A stretch of DNA of 64,000 nt from Mycobacteriales bacterium (lineage in GTDB: Bacteria; Actinomycetota; Actinomycetes; Mycobacteriales; QHCE01). Positions 25,975 through 38,885 of this stretch are shown piece by piece. The stretch is taken from contig JBBSOC010000004.1 in NCBI GenBank assembly GCA_038260095.1, positions 3,341 to 67,340 of the forward strand. Reading direction: 5' to 3'. Both the position numbers and the translations under genes were made by a program. Each line of letters opens with the position of its first letter. Position 1 is the stretch's first letter. Under the pieces are notes generated by a model, which was not told the DNA's origin, searched no databases, and saw only the letters and a program-made list of their open reading frames with translations.

Positions 25975-28485
25975 CTATTCATCCTGTTCATCTGGTTCAT
26001 CCACATTGCGTGCCATCGCAACAAGGCTGACGCCGGCGGGTAAATCCATCAGCTTCACACCCATGGTATTGCGATCCCTGGTCCGACGAACAGGCTTCAC
26101 CGGTGTGCGAATCACTCCACCGTTAGAGGTGATCGCGAAAAGCTCGTCCTCGCCAGAGACCGCGAGGGCGCCCACTAAACTACCTCGTCTACTAACAATT
26201 CTTGCGGTAATGACGCCTTTCCCACCCCGTCCTTGCACCGGGTACTCCTCGATTGGCGTCCGCTTCGCAAATCCGCCTTCGGTGGCAACCAGCACATCCA
26301 TGCCAGGTTGTACGACCTCCATGGCCAGTAGCTCATCACCGTCACCGAACCGCATTCCGATCACGCCGCTAGTTGCCCGCCCCATGGGACGCAGTGCCTC
26401 ATCGCTGGCTTGGAACCGAATCGACTGCGCCTGCTTACTCACCAGCAGTAAATCGTCTTCGGCAGTGATGAGCGCCGCCGCCATTAGCTCGTCGTCCTCT
26501 CGAAGGTTCACCGCAATGATCCCGCCTTGCCGGCTAGAGTCAAAGTCAGTAAGTACCGTCTTCTTAACTAAGCCTCGCTTAGTGGCTAGCACCAAGTACG
26601 GTGCTACTTGATAATCCGGGATCTGGATGATTTGCGCAATATGTTCATCAGGCTGGAAAGCTAGTAAATTGGCCACGTGCTGACCGCGAGCAGTACGATT
26701 AGCTTCGGGGAGTTCATACGTCTTCGCCCGATAGACCCGGCCCTTATTGGTGAAAAATAGGATCCAGTCATGAGTAGAGCAGACAAAAAAGTGCGCCACA
26801 ATATCGTCTTGCTTTAGGGTTGCTCCCTGAACGCCTTTCCCGCCGCGGCGCTGCGAACGGTATAGATCCAGCTTGGTGCGCTTGGCGTAGCCAGTCCGCG
26901 ATACCGTGACCACAACATCCTCGCGTGCGATGAGATCTTCCATGCATACATCACCGTCAAAGGGAACGATTCTAGTGCGTCGTTCATCGCCATACTTTGT
27001 GACAATCTCGGAGAGTTCAGAACTCACTAGCTGCCGTTGTCGCTCATCGCTGTCTAAAATTGCCTGCAGCTCGGCAATGTCGCGCATTAGCTGCGCATAC
27101 TCATCAACGATCTTCTGACGCTCCAGCGCCGCAAGCCGCCGAAGCTGCATTTCTAAGATCGCGTTGGCTTGAATTTCGTCAATATCGAGCAGCGTTATCA
27201 AACCGGAGCGGGCATTGTCCACTGTGGCACTCGCGCGAATCAGCGCGATCACCTCGTCAATGGCGTCTAGCGCTTTAAGGAGGCCGCGCAAGATGTGCGC
27301 CCGTTCCTCCTTTTTTCGCAGCCGGTAGCGGGTTCTGCGAACGATGACCTCAATCTGGTGTGCCACGTAATAACGCAGCATCTCCGCCAAATTCAGAGTC
27401 CGAGGCACTCCTTCAACAATCGAAAGCATGTTGACGCCAAAAGAGTCTTGCAGCTGTGTGTGTTTGTAGAGGTTGTTCAGCACTACCTTTGCTACTGCAT
27501 CTCGCCGGAGTACCAGCACCAGCCGCTGTCCGGTACGGCCAGAAGACTCGTCTCGGATATCGGCAATTCCTCCCAGCTTTCCTTCTTTTACTAATTCAGC
27601 AATGCGCTCGGCAACATTATCCGGATTTACCTGGTAAGGCAGCTCGGTAACGACCAGCTGGGTTCGGCCTTTAACGTCTTCCTCGACATCAACCACAGAG
27701 CGCATACGCACGGATCCGCGCCCGGTTCGGTAGGCATCATCAATGCCCGAGGTGCCCACGATAAGCGCGCCTGTTGGGAAATCTGGACCCCTGACCAGAC
27801 CGATGACAGCCTCTAACGTCTCGGTAGGACCAGCATCTGGATGCGTAAGGCACCACTGCACAGCACTGGCTACTTCACCAAGGTTGTGCGACGGAATATT
27901 GGTAGCCATACCTACAGCGATACCGCCGGAGCCGTTTACCAATAGATTGGGAAATCTGCTGGGTAGAATGTCGGGCTCTTGGGACCGCCCGTCATAATTG
28001 GGGCTGAAATTGACAGTGTCTTCGTCAATGTCGCGTAGCATTTCCATAGCCAGTGGGTCAAGCCGGCATTCGGTGTAACGCATTGCCGCTGCTGGATCGT
28101 TGCCAGGTGAGCCGAAGTTGCCGTTGCCATCCACTAACGGATGCCGCAGCGACCACGGCTGCGCCATGCGCACCAACGTGTCATAGATTGCCGAATCGCC
28201 ATGGGGATGGAACTGTCCCATAACGTCCCCGACAACCCGGGAACATTTCACATAGCCACGATCTGGTCGGTAACCACCGGCATACATGCCATACAAAATC
28301 TTCCGGTGCACCGGCTTGAGGCCATCGCGTACATCAGGAAGTGCCCGGCCAACGATGACGCTCATCGCATAGTCGAGGTAGCTGCGCTGTAGCTCTACTT
28401 CGATGCCGACGGGCTCGACATGGCCGCCGGGGCTCTCCCCGGCAGTGCTGACTGGGCCGTTGGGTGGCTGCGTGGTTACGGTCAC
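25975..28485 (-). CDS. gyrA: DNA gyrase subunit A
   Basis: 836 aa with an active-site region [11 protein letters not shown] and C-terminal beta-pinwheel repeats. Confidence 0.97.
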   Translation of the reverse strand: MTVTTQPPNGPVSTAGESPGGHVEPVGIEVELQRSYLDYAMSVIVGRALPDVRDGLKPVHRKILYGMYAGGYRPDRGYVKCSRVVGDVMGQFHPHGDSAIYDTLVRMAQPWSLRHPLVDGNGNFGSPGNDPAAAMRYTECRLDPLAMEMLRDIDEDTVNFSPNYDGRSQEPDILPSRFPNLLVNGSGGIAVGMATNIPSHNLGEVASAVQWCLTHPDAGPTETLEAVIGLVRGPDFPTGALIVGTSGIDDAYRTGRGSVRMRSVVDVEEDVKGRTQLVVTELPYQVNPDNVAERIAELVKEGKLGGIADIRDESSGRTGQRLVLVLRRDAVAKVVLNNLYKHTQLQDSFGVNMLSIVEGVPRTLNLAEMLRYYVAHQIEVIVRRTRYRLRKKEERAHILRGLLKALDAIDEVIALIRASATVDNARSGLITLLDIDEIQANAILEMQLRRLAALERQKIVDEYAQLMRDIAELQAILDSDERQRQLVSSELSEIVTKYGDERRTRIVPFDGDVCMEDLIAREDVVVTVSRTGYAKRTKLDLYRSQRRGGKGVQGATLKQDDIVAHFFVCSTHDWILFFTNKGRVYRAKTYELPEANRTARGQHVANLLAFQPDEHIAQIIQIPDYQVAPYLVLATKRGLVKKTVLTDFDSSRQGGIIAVNLREDDELMAAALITAEDDLLLVSKQAQSIRFQASDEALRPMGRATSGVIGMRFGDGDELLAMEVVQPGMDVLVATEGGFAKRTPIEEYPVQGRGGKGVITARIVSRRGSLVGALAVSGEDELFAITSNGGVIRTPVKPVRRTRDRNTMGVKLMDLPAGVSLVAMARNVDEPDEQDE

Positions 28486-28582
28486 CTAGCTACCTTCCAC
28501 TGTAGACATGATTTGGGCGATACCTCGTGGATATCCTGTGAAAAATTCTGACTTAAATTTGATGTCTGGGCCTGAAAATTCA

Positions 28583-30676
<2,094 letters not shown>

Positions 30677-31026
30677 TCATACAGTCTACCTCCTACCGGC
30701 CCAATAACCGGGCATTGACCCCATTGAAAGGCTCATAGCGAGCCTAAAGATGCTTTCTCGTAGGGGGGCACGCCGTAAAAGTAGTGTGAGTGCCATCGCA
30801 ACACCTCATCGATGCGATCAAACCTCTGAGTATCGTTACTGTTTCGTGTCTACAAAAATGCGTCGCGCGACACGCCGAAACGCAACGTATGCCAGTCTGA
30901 TAGCCAGGTGATTCTTGCCAGACTGACGGTAGCCGCCAGCACCGGGCTCACCGAACCAGCTAAGTAACCACATACCGTTCAAATCCGTACCACTCAGATC
31001 CTTACCACGGCTCGGCTGGGGGTTGT

Positions 31027-31764
31027 ATGGCTGTCGACATTGTGCGGCGTGCCCGACTACGTGTGAACAGAAGGTATGAGCGTCTAGCTCTCCTGCACGC
31101 AGCGCGGGCCTACATAAGACACGGATGGCCGATTATCCCCGGCGCGTGGTGGTCATCGCAGGAGTGTCGACACGTGTGCGACATTCCTGGCTGCAGAAGC
31201 GGCGGATTACACCCCGGCGCGCTCGATACAGGGCCTGTCTCCCCACTCAACCCACCATCTAATCTAGCTGACTACGCACTCACCAGTGAGCAAGACATTC
31301 GCGCCCGCTGGGGTTTACATCCTTACTCCGTGCTGATGCCTACAGGTATAACCTGTGATGTCATCGAACTGCCTAGTATTATCGCATACCAAATCTGGGC
31401 TGAAGGAAGTATCGCTGCGCTTCATGCCCCGGCAGCGCAGCTAGAAGCCTCTACAGGCAGCGCAGACACGAAATCTTCCGGTGATGATGCAGTAATGTTT
31501 GTGGTTACCCAAACCGGCGAAACCATTCCCTCGGACACGCTCGACGAACTCGCCCGAAATCGCATCGTGCTACACCGTAATGGCTCCTGGGTTCCACTTC
31601 CGCCAACTTCGGTGGGCGGAAGGCCTATGCGGTGGTTACTCAAACCTCAACAGTGTGGCTGGCAGCTCCTTCCACTCGCGCAGTTGTCGCAGCACATTCT
31701 GCGGCGGATCGCCCAACTACGATCAGTGCCGCCACCCACAGAAAGTCAAGATGAAGCTGCCTAA
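31027..31764 (+). CDS. hypothetical protein, weakly Prim-Pol-N-terminal-like and probably non-catalytic
   Basis: 245 aa. LLHAARAYIRHGWPIIPGAWW and IRARWGLHPYSVLMPTGITCDVIELP recall the bifunctional primase/polymerase N-domain, but the DxD position reads IELP. A Cys cluster CRHVCDIPGC..H is present. Confidence 0.4.
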   Translation: MAVDIVRRARLRVNRRYERLALLHAARAYIRHGWPIIPGAWWSSQECRHVCDIPGCRSGGLHPGALDTGPVSPLNPPSNLADYALTSEQDIRARWGLHPYSVLMPTGITCDVIELPSIIAYQIWAEGSIAALHAPAAQLEASTGSADTKSSGDDAVMFVVTQTGETIPSDTLDELARNRIVLHRNGSWVPLPPTSVGGRPMRWLLKPQQCGWQLLPLAQLSQHILRRIAQLRSVPPPTESQDEAA

Positions 31765-31788
31765 GAGGTCGGGCGGATTGGTGCTGCT

Positions 31789-32445
31789 CTAACCGTAGGT
31801 ATCTCGCGGGCCTCGCCCAGGCACTGAGCGTAGGCCATGCTTCCACGTAGGACCTACTGGTCCATGCACTCGAATTACCCGGACAAGATCAACTATCACA
31901 CCAGAGCTGTGTAGTTCGCGTCGAATTCCGGTCAATATGCGTGCGGTGAGCATTCGTAACTGAGTTGCCCACGCTGTAGATGTAGCGGCTATGACTAATT
32001 CCCCATCACGTAGTGAAACCGGGGTGCATTTCGCGGCTAGATCGGCACCAACCAACTGATCCCAGGCCCCAAAAATTCGTGCTTGTGTAACAGCCTGCTG
32101 CCAGCCTCGCTCGTTGAATAGTCGCTTAATCTCAGCACTCAACAGCTGCGGATCACGAGGATCGGCATGTGTTCCCGTATAGCCGCCGAGTCGACTTCGC
32201 GTATTTCTCTGTTCCTTCGTTCCCTGTCCCCTTGCACCCTTCTCTCCGCTCGAGCGATCGGCACGCCGAAATTCACGCGATCCTTGCTTACGGCGCGCCG
32301 CCTCCGCAGCTGCTCGCGCCAGCTCCGGGCCACGCGGCGTGAGGCCCCGGTGGTTCGTCGAAGCAGCGTCTGGAACATCATCGGAAGTATCGCCTGAATC
32401 GTAAACGTGTTTAATAGACACGGCGCACCGCGCCATCGGCCACAT
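31789..32445 (-). CDS. dciA: DciA (DUF721) helicase-loading-associated protein; start uncertain
   Basis: C-terminal DUF721-type region ([43 protein letters not shown]) in the conserved position after recF. Candidate starts are 32445, 32436 and 32421; the track start 32550 overlaps recF by 140 nt. Confidence 0.8.
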   Translation of the reverse strand: MWPMARCAVSIKHVYDSGDTSDDVPDAASTNHRGLTPRGPELARAAAEAARRKQGSREFRRADRSSGEKGARGQGTKEQRNTRSRLGGYTGTHADPRDPQLLSAEIKRLFNERGWQQAVTQARIFGAWDQLVGADLAAKCTPVSLRDGELVIAATSTAWATQLRMLTARILTGIRRELHSSGVIVDLVRVIRVHGPVGPTWKHGLRSVPGRGPRDTYG

Positions 32446-33646
32446 CAAAGCGAGCCCCTGTATCGCGCAGCTGTAACAGTGAGCTGGGAATATCCTCGGC
32501 AACCGCTGCGGTGACCAACACTTGGGATGCTTTGGTGGCGACATCTCCAAGCAACTTACGGCGTTGATTGTCTAACTCGGAAAAAACGTCATCTAGGATT
32601 AAAACTGGCTCACTGCCCTCGGCTCGCAATAGCTCAAAGCACGCTAGCCGTAGCGCCAAGGCGTAAGACCATGACTCGCCATGGCTAGCGTATCCCTTGG
32701 CGGGAAGCTCCCCCAGGCGAAGGATTAGATCGTCCCGATGCGGCCCCACCAGCGTGATACCTCGCTCCAGCTCCGCTGAGCGGACTTGGGCAAGGCCAGC
32801 CAGTAGCTGAGAGCGCAGTACATCCTTATCGACGCTGAGCAGCGAAGCTTGGTCATCGTTAGCCGAGTCACAGGAGGTGCCCTTTTGAAGAGCTTGCGTC
32901 AAGGAACTGCTGTAGCCCAGACGTGCGCCTGCAGCAGACTCGCTTACTGCGTGGTACGCCTTTTCCACATACGGCGCCAGATCATGTATTGCGGCTAGTC
33001 GACCTGCGAGCAACTCCGCACCGTACCGCGCAACGTGCACATCCCACACTTCCAACGTCGGCAAATCCGCAAAGTTTGGCTCGTTTCCAGGGGAGTCGCC
33101 GCCACGTCGCCGGCCAGAACGGTGGCGTATGCCTGCGCTTTTGAGCAACGCATTCCGTTGTTTGAGCGCCCGGTCATAATCGGCTCGAACCCCAGCAAAG
33201 CGAGGAGATCGCGCTACCAAAAAATCATCGATAAATCGTCGCCGCTCAGCAGGATCTCCACGGATCAACGCAAGGTCTTCCGGCGCAAACAACACACTCC
33301 GCAGAGCGCCCAACACGGCACGTGGTCGAGCAACCGGCGAGCGGTTGAGTCGGGCGCGATTTGTTTTTCCTGGTACTAACTCCAACTCCACCAGCAGTTC
33401 GCGCTGCTCGGAAATTACAGTGCAACGCACGATTGCACTACTAGCACCGTTGCGCACCAAAGGGATATCACTACTGACCCGATGGCTACTCAGCGTCGCG
33501 ATGTAACCGACTGCTTCCATAAGGTTGGTTTTGCCATGGCCGTTGGGGCCCACGAATAGGTTAACGCCGGGCACAAGCTCAAGATCGACGCAGGCGTAGC
33601 TACGAAAATCTCGCAGAGCCAGCGCCTGCACATACATGCCTGTCAC
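32411..33646 (-). CDS. recF: DNA replication and repair protein RecF
   Basis: 411 aa with Walker A ([10 protein letters not shown]) and an SMC-like signature region. Confidence 0.95.
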   Translation of the reverse strand: MTGMYVQALALRDFRSYACVDLELVPGVNLFVGPNGHGKTNLMEAVGYIATLSSHRVSSDIPLVRNGASSAIVRCTVISEQRELLVELELVPGKTNRARLNRSPVARPRAVLGALRSVLFAPEDLALIRGDPAERRRFIDDFLVARSPRFAGVRADYDRALKQRNALLKSAGIRHRSGRRRGGDSPGNEPNFADLPTLEVWDVHVARYGAELLAGRLAAIHDLAPYVEKAYHAVSESAAGARLGYSSSLTQALQKGTSCDSANDDQASLLSVDKDVLRSQLLAGLAQVRSAELERGITLVGPHRDDLILRLGELPAKGYASHGESWSYALALRLACFELLRAEGSEPVLILDDVFSELDNQRRKLLGDVATKASQVLVTAAVAEDIPSSLLQLRDTGARFDVADGAVRRVY

Positions 33647-33693
33647 ATCCCAGCGTGAGCGGCTATTCCTCGAGGAGCCATCAACAGCGAAGA

Positions 33694-34578
33694 TTACCTT
33701 GGCTGTTGAGCGGTGACCGCGTGTCCGCCGAACTGATGACGCAGAGCGGATACGGCTTTCATGGTCGGTGAATTGGCTTGACGCGAAGCAAATCGAGCAA
33801 ATAGTGCGGCGGCTATGACTGGAGTGGGGACGCAGTGGTTGATTGCCTCCTCAACTGTCCACCGACCTTCGCCTGAATCCTCGACATGTCCAGCGATAGT
33901 GCGAAGTTCGGGATCCTCTTCTAGTGCTTTCACCAAAAGATCCAACAACCATGATCGAACAACAGTACCTTCCCGCCAGCTGTTTAGCACCCCAGGAACG
34001 TCGGCAACCAGCTCGCTTGCCGACAGTAGCTCATAGCCCTCGGCATAGGCCTGCATTAAACCGTACTCGATACCGTTGTGCACCATCTTGGAGAAGTGCC
34101 CCGCACCAATGCCGCCAGCATGCACGAATCCACCTTCGGCCGGGCACAGCGCATCAAAAACGGGCTGCACCATGGCGACATGCTCGGCAGCTCCACCAAC
34201 CATCAAAGCGTAACCCTGGTGTAGGCCCCAAACCCCTCCGGAAACTCCAACATCGAGATAGCCGATGCCGTGCTGCTCGAGTAAGGCTGAGTTCACAGCA
34301 TCGTCAGTAAAGCGTGAATTCCCACCATCAATAACGATGTCACCGGCAGTAAGTAGCCCCGCAAGCTGGTTAACGACGGAGTGGGTGGGGGCACCTGCGG
34401 GCACCATGACCCACACCACTCGGTTTCGCTCGCCTAGCCGCGCAACAAGCTCAGGAAGATCGCTGACATCGCTCAACGTGGAATCTCGGTCATACCCCAC
34501 CACGTCGTGACCTGCACGAGTCAACCGCTCGCGCATGTTGCCGCCCATTTTTCCCAAACCAACAAGCCCAAGCTTCAT
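33694..34578 (-). CDS. 6-phosphogluconate dehydrogenase-like protein (short, decarboxylating type)
   Basis: 294 aa with an N-terminal Rossmann motif ([15 protein letters not shown]) and a 6PGDH-type C-terminal domain. This dnaN-recF interposition is known in several actinobacteria. Confidence 0.82.
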   Translation of the reverse strand: MKLGLVGLGKMGGNMRERLTRAGHDVVGYDRDSTLSDVSDLPELVARLGERNRVVWVMVPAGAPTHSVVNQLAGLLTAGDIVIDGGNSRFTDDAVNSALLEQHGIGYLDVGVSGGVWGLHQGYALMVGGAAEHVAMVQPVFDALCPAEGGFVHAGGIGAGHFSKMVHNGIEYGLMQAYAEGYELLSASELVADVPGVLNSWREGTVVRSWLLDLLVKALEEDPELRTIAGHVEDSGEGRWTVEEAINHCVPTPVIAAALFARFASRQANSPTMKAVSALRHQFGGHAVTAQQPR

Positions 34579-34626
34579 GGCAGCTTCCTCTTCCCGTTCC
34601 TAGGTTGCTGGACTGAGCGCCCATCC

Positions 34627-35772
34627 TTAGCCAGAAATACGGACTGGCATCAGTACATAACGATAACCGGTGTCCTCGGTCCAGCCTTTCTCGTCATCTC
34701 CCAATGCCGCGGCAATGACGGCCGGACGAGCGGGGTCGGTGAACGACACCATAGCTACCCCGGACTCGATAGCACCTAGGCCGTCAAGGAAGTAATCGGG
34801 GTTGAACGCGATGGACAACTCGTCTCCGGCATAGTGCGCCGACATCGATTCACTGGCACGAGCTTCGTCGCTGCCACCTGCTTCAATCGTGAGTAGATCA
34901 GCGGTAAAGCACAAGCGAATCGGCGCGTTGCGTTCAGCTACCAGCGCCACTCGCTTAACGACCTCAATGGCCTCGGCAGTGTTAAGTCTGGCTACAGCGT
35001 TGTAGCTATCGGGCAGTAGCGACCGCACCTTCGGATATTCGCCATCGAGCAATCGGGTCGTGGTGCGCCGAGAAGATCCGGAGAATCCAATCAATCCACC
35101 AGCACTGTCTGAGGCGCTTTCGGACAAAGCAATGGCGACTTCGTTACCGCTTGCGAGCACCTTAACCGTCTCGGCCAAAGTGCGAGCCGGTACCAGTGCG
35201 TACCGATGCTCCTCGATCGATCCTGGCCGCCACGCAAGTTCACGAATCGCAAGGCGATAGCGGTCTGTAGCCAGCAAGGATAGCTGCGCCCCGTTGAGCT
35301 CCATGTGCACACCAGTCAGCATGGGCAATGTGTCATCTCGCCCAGCCGCTACCGCGACTTGCCGCACCGCTACCGCAAACGAGTCGGCGTCCACAGCTCC
35401 AGCGATCGTGGGCATCTCAGGGAGCGCTGGGTAGTCCTCCACTGGAAGGGTCGGTAAGGTGAAACGCGCCGAACCGCAGGTGACCTCTGCGTGCGAACCT
35501 GCCGCACTGATGTGCACTGGATGGTTAGGAAGCGCACGAGAGATCTCAGCGAGTAGCCGGCCCGAGACGAGTACTTGTCCGTCCGATTCGGCTTGCACGT
35601 CGATGCTGACTTGGTTAGAAACTTCGTAATCGAAACCGGCGATGGTGAGCCGGTCGTTATGGGTTTCCATCATGATGCCCGCAAGCACCGCCACCGTCGG
35701 ACGACTAGGCAGGCTCTTAGCCGTCCACGCCACCGCATCAGCTAGCGAGTTACGGTTTACTTGAAATTTCAT
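34627..35772 (-). CDS. dnaN: DNA polymerase III beta sliding clamp
   Basis: Three-domain clamp starting MKFQVNRNSLADAV. I prefer ATG 35772 (AGGAGCGAGGA upstream) to the track start 35787. Confidence 0.95.
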   Translation of the reverse strand: MKFQVNRNSLADAVAWTAKSLPSRPTVAVLAGIMMETHNDRLTIAGFDYEVSNQVSIDVQAESDGQVLVSGRLLAEISRALPNHPVHISAAGSHAEVTCGSARFTLPTLPVEDYPALPEMPTIAGAVDADSFAVAVRQVAVAAGRDDTLPMLTGVHMELNGAQLSLLATDRYRLAIRELAWRPGSIEEHRYALVPARTLAETVKVLASGNEVAIALSESASDSAGGLIGFSGSSRRTTTRLLDGEYPKVRSLLPDSYNAVARLNTAEAIEVVKRVALVAERNAPIRLCFTADLLTIEAGGSDEARASESMSAHYAGDELSIAFNPDYFLDGLGAIESGVAMVSFTDPARPAVIAAALGDDEKGWTEDTGYRYVLMPVRISG

Positions 35773-35787
35773 TCCTCGCTCCTGCAT

Positions 35788-36206
35788 GCTTTCCCCTGAC
35801 CTCCAGCGCTGGCCAGTAGCCGAGCTCAGCTTAGGTCCAAGCGCATTGTCGGATAGAACACGGGTAGCCGGAGAAGATGCTTACCACGTGTACACAGATT
35901 CCCTGAGGTGAAAACTATGGGTTAAGCCGTGGAATAGAAATATATGTAGTAGTAGTCATAGCTGTTGTGCACTCTGTGGAGAGAAGGCATCTGTCGCGCT
36001 CACGCCGGTGTGCCGCTTGTGCACTCACCGTGGATCGGCTGATGGCAACCTAGGCGTGCATGTGGACAACTCCATCGCTCGGTCATGGACCCTACGATTA
36101 TCCACATGCACGCTTGGCAGTATCCCAAGTCTTGTTCACAGCAGCCATTCCCTGTCGCGTAGGTGATTAGTGCCGATTTAGCTGTCTGGCAGGGAGCTCC
36201 CGTTGA
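35788..36206. other. probable chromosomal origin oriC (dnaA-dnaN spacer)
   Basis: DnaA-box 9-mers are TGTGGACAA 36061-36069, TTATCCACA 36098-36106, TTGTTCACA 36132-36140, and TTGTGCACT twice (35965, 36017). An AT-rich stretch lies at 35933-35960. This is the canonical actinobacterial oriC position. Confidence 0.7.
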
Positions 36207-37679
36207 TCACCGGGAGGAACTTTGCTTGATCTGATTCGTGAGTTCGGCAATCTGGTTATACAGTGAGCGGCTCTCGGCCATATGCGAACGAATTTTTCGG
36301 TCCGCATGCATCACTGTGGTGTGATCCCTACCGCCGAAAGCATGGCCAATACGCGGTAACGACAGTTCAGTAAGCTCGCGGCAGAGATACATCGCGATTT
36401 GGCGAGCGTTCACCAATACTCTGGATCGGGACGAACCGCAGAGCTCATCGATCGTGAGGCCGAAATACGCTGCGGTAGCCGCCATGATCGTTGCGGCAGT
36501 GATGTTGGAATCACCGCTAGCCGGGATGAGGTCTTTGAGTACAACTTCCGCTAGTCCGAGGTCTACAGCTTGACGATTTAAGCTGGCAAACGCAGTCACT
36601 CTTATCAGGGCACCTTCGAGCTCTCGAATGTTGCTGGAGATCTTGCTGGCGATGAATTCCAGCACTTCTGGTGGTGCCGCGAGGCGCTCCTGCGCTGCTT
36701 TCTTCCGCAAAATTGCAATGCGGGTCTCCAGGTCGGGCGGTTGGATGTCTGTAAGGAGACCCCATTCAAAGCGCGTGCGAAGCCGATCCTCAAGCGTGGA
36801 CAACTGCTTGGGTGAGCGATCGGAGGAGATGACGATCTGTTTATTCGCGTTGTGCAAGGTGTTGAAGGTGTGAAAGAACTCTTCTTGGGTACGCTCACGG
36901 GTTTCTAAAAATTGGATGTCATCAACGAGTAAAATATCGACGTCTCGATATCGGCGCTGGAAAGCTTGAGTTTTATCGTCACGCAGCGAGTTGATGAAGT
37001 CGTTGGTGAATTCCTCTGTGGAAACGTATCGAACGCTACGAGCATGACCCAAGCTATGAGCGTAGTGGCCAATCGCATGGAGTAGGTGAGTTTTACCCAG
37101 GCCCGATTCACCGTAAATGAACAGCGGGTTGTAGGCACGCGCCGGCGCTTCGGCCACAGCTACCGCGGCAGCGTGGGCGAAGCGGTTGGAAGAGCCGATG
37201 ACGAACGTGTCGAACGTGTACTTGGGGTTGAGCTGGGTAAAGTCCGTACTAGCCGAGTCAGCTGTGCCCCCACGCCCGGCCGCGATACGCGACTTGGTAG
37301 AAGCTTTTCCTGGCTGAGGTGTTACACCCTCAATAGATCCGGTCTCTCCGTGAGTGTCGAGAAAACTGGGTGCAGGATCGGCGGAGATCGGAGCTGGATC
37401 GCTGCCCGTGGTTTCTTCGGGGCTACGTACTGTCACCGCTACCGAGACCTCGCTGCCCAGCTGAGCGGAGATCGCCTCGGTAATTATCGGACGTAGTCTA
37501 CTCTCGAACGCATCCTTGGCGAACTGATTCGGCGCGGCAAGCAGCGCCGTGTTTTCGATCAGTGCCAGTGGTTTGGTGAGCCGTACCCATGCTCGCTGCT
37601 GAGGGCTCAACGCGCCGTTGACGAGCTTATCTGTAACCGCGTTCCACACTGCTTCTAATGCATTGTAATCATCGGCCAT
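36207..37679 (-). CDS. dnaA: chromosomal replication initiator DnaA
   Basis: AAA+ motifs ([18 protein letters not shown]) and a C-terminal DNA-binding domain ([12 protein letters not shown]). The start is ATG 37679 (GGGGA upstream) or GTG 37691. Confidence 0.96.
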   Translation of the reverse strand: MADDYNALEAVWNAVTDKLVNGALSPQQRAWVRLTKPLALIENTALLAAPNQFAKDAFESRLRPIITEAISAQLGSEVSVAVTVRSPEETTGSDPAPISADPAPSFLDTHGETGSIEGVTPQPGKASTKSRIAAGRGGTADSASTDFTQLNPKYTFDTFVIGSSNRFAHAAAVAVAEAPARAYNPLFIYGESGLGKTHLLHAIGHYAHSLGHARSVRYVSTEEFTNDFINSLRDDKTQAFQRRYRDVDILLVDDIQFLETRERTQEEFFHTFNTLHNANKQIVISSDRSPKQLSTLEDRLRTRFEWGLLTDIQPPDLETRIAILRKKAAQERLAAPPEVLEFIASKISSNIRELEGALIRVTAFASLNRQAVDLGLAEVVLKDLIPASGDSNITAATIMAATAAYFGLTIDELCGSSRSRVLVNARQIAMYLCRELTELSLPRIGHAFGGRDHTTVMHADRKIRSHMAESRSLYNQIAELTNQIKQSSSR

Positions 37680-37759
37680 AGTGTTCCCCACTCAATAAAG
37701 TCAGCACTCGTAAAAGTCAGCAACTGTGCACGGCAGACCAAGCGCGGAGCTGCTGTAAC

Positions 37760-37840
37760 GATTATGGTCGGCTTGTGGTCGTTGCACTAGAAATCCACAT
37801 CATTATCCACAGCTGTGAATGTGGTCTTGTGGAGCGTGTA
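37760..37840. promoter_or_regulatory. DnaA-box cluster in the divergent dnaA/rpmH promoter region
   Basis: AAATCCACA at 37791-37799 and TTATCCACA at 37803-37811, followed by TGTGAATGTGGTCTTGTGGAG. Likely dnaA autoregulation, or a second part of the origin. Confidence 0.55.
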
Positions 37841-37979
37841 CGTGTTTGGTTCGGCGCACTTCCTTCACTGGGCTGACGTAGTAGGCCTCAGCTCAGTATG
37901 AGACTATGGCTGTTCGCCCTCGGTGCCTCAATGATTCTGGCGAGAGGTAGTTGGCTCAAGAAGTTCATCGGAGACTGTG

Positions 37980-38123
37980 GTGAGTAAGGGTAAACGGACG
38001 TTTCAACCCAACAATCGGCGTCGGGCTCGCAAGCACGGCTGGCGATTGCGGATGCGTACTCGCGCGGGGCGCGCCATCATTGCGCTCCGCCGGCGACAGG
38101 GCCGCAAACGGCTTTCTGCTTAG
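37980..38123 (+). CDS. rpmH: 50S ribosomal protein L34 (47 aa, below the ORF-track cutoff)
   Basis: My translation is [50 protein letters not shown] start with GGAGA 5 nt upstream. Confidence 0.95.
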   Translation: MSKGKRTFQPNNRRRARKHGWRLRMRTRAGRAIIALRRRQGRKRLSA

Positions 38124-38141
38124 TGGTCGGCGTGCAGCGCC

Positions 38142-38561
38142 TTGTTGCCAGCCACCTCTCGATTGCGCTGCCGCACCGATTTTAGTCGGGTAGCGCGACG
38201 CGGTTATCGTCGAGTCGTTCACAAAGTAGAAAAGCCCCATGAGCCTCTTCTGGTCCTACACTGGCAGCGAGATGTTCCTAACTCACCGGCAGCGCGGCTG
38301 GGTCTTATCATTGGTCGTACCGTAGGCAATGCAGTTATTCGCCATCGTTTAGCCCGGCGACTTCGGCATCTTATGCGGCCTGAGCTAGCGGCTTTGCCCC
38401 ACGGTACAGATATAGTGTTGCGTGCACTGCCCGCATCTGCGTGCGCCAATAGCGCCGAATTAGCCACCGCGCTAAACACAGCGCTGACGCGTATTCGGCA
38501 GGTTGTAGCACAGCAGGAACCTGGTAGAACTACCAGTAAGGCTGCCAAGGTATCGTCGTGA
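38142..38561 (+). CDS. rnpA: ribonuclease P protein component
   Basis: 139-aa basic protein with a TTG start. Contains [24 protein letters not shown] (RNR-type motif). Position after rpmH. Confidence 0.9.
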   Translation: MLPATSRLRCRTDFSRVARRGYRRVVHKVEKPHEPLLVLHWQRDVPNSPAARLGLIIGRTVGNAVIRHRLARRLRHLMRPELAALPHGTDIVLRALPASACANSAELATALNTALTRIRQVVAQQEPGRTTSKAAKVSS

Positions 38562-38806
38562 TTGGGAAGCTGCGGATGTCCGGCATACTGGTGGCGTTAC
38601 TGCGTGGTTATCAACGTTTCCTATCGCCGCTATTGCCACCTCGATGTCGATTTTATCCAACGTGCAGCGAATATGCCGTGCAAGCGGTGACGCGGCACGG
38701 TGTGATCCGCGGCGGAGCGTTCGCAGTGTGTCGAATAGGACGTTGCCATCCATTCCACTCCGGTGGATATGACCCGGTACCGCCAGTAAAACAGCGTAGC
38801 CAGTGA
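38558..38806 (+). CDS. yidD: membrane protein insertion efficiency factor YidD
   Basis: 82 aa with [42 protein letters not shown]. Confidence 0.92.
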   Translation: MIGKLRMSGILVALLRGYQRFLSPLLPPRCRFYPTCSEYAVQAVTRHGVIRGGAFAVCRIGRCHPFHSGGYDPVPPVKQRSQ

Positions 38807-38885
38807 GACAGCCCTGCCAATAAGACCATGCGGTACAGAACCCCTCTAGCCAGGGCAGCATGACCACGACTGGAGAATCAGCTAA

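Noticed and set aside
25943-26611. 222-aa plus-strand ORF inside gyrA, and the 218-aa ORF at 30062-30718 inside gyrB
   Set aside because: They lie antisense to essential, motif-rich gyrase genes, and their Ser/Thr/Pro/Arg-rich composition is low complexity.
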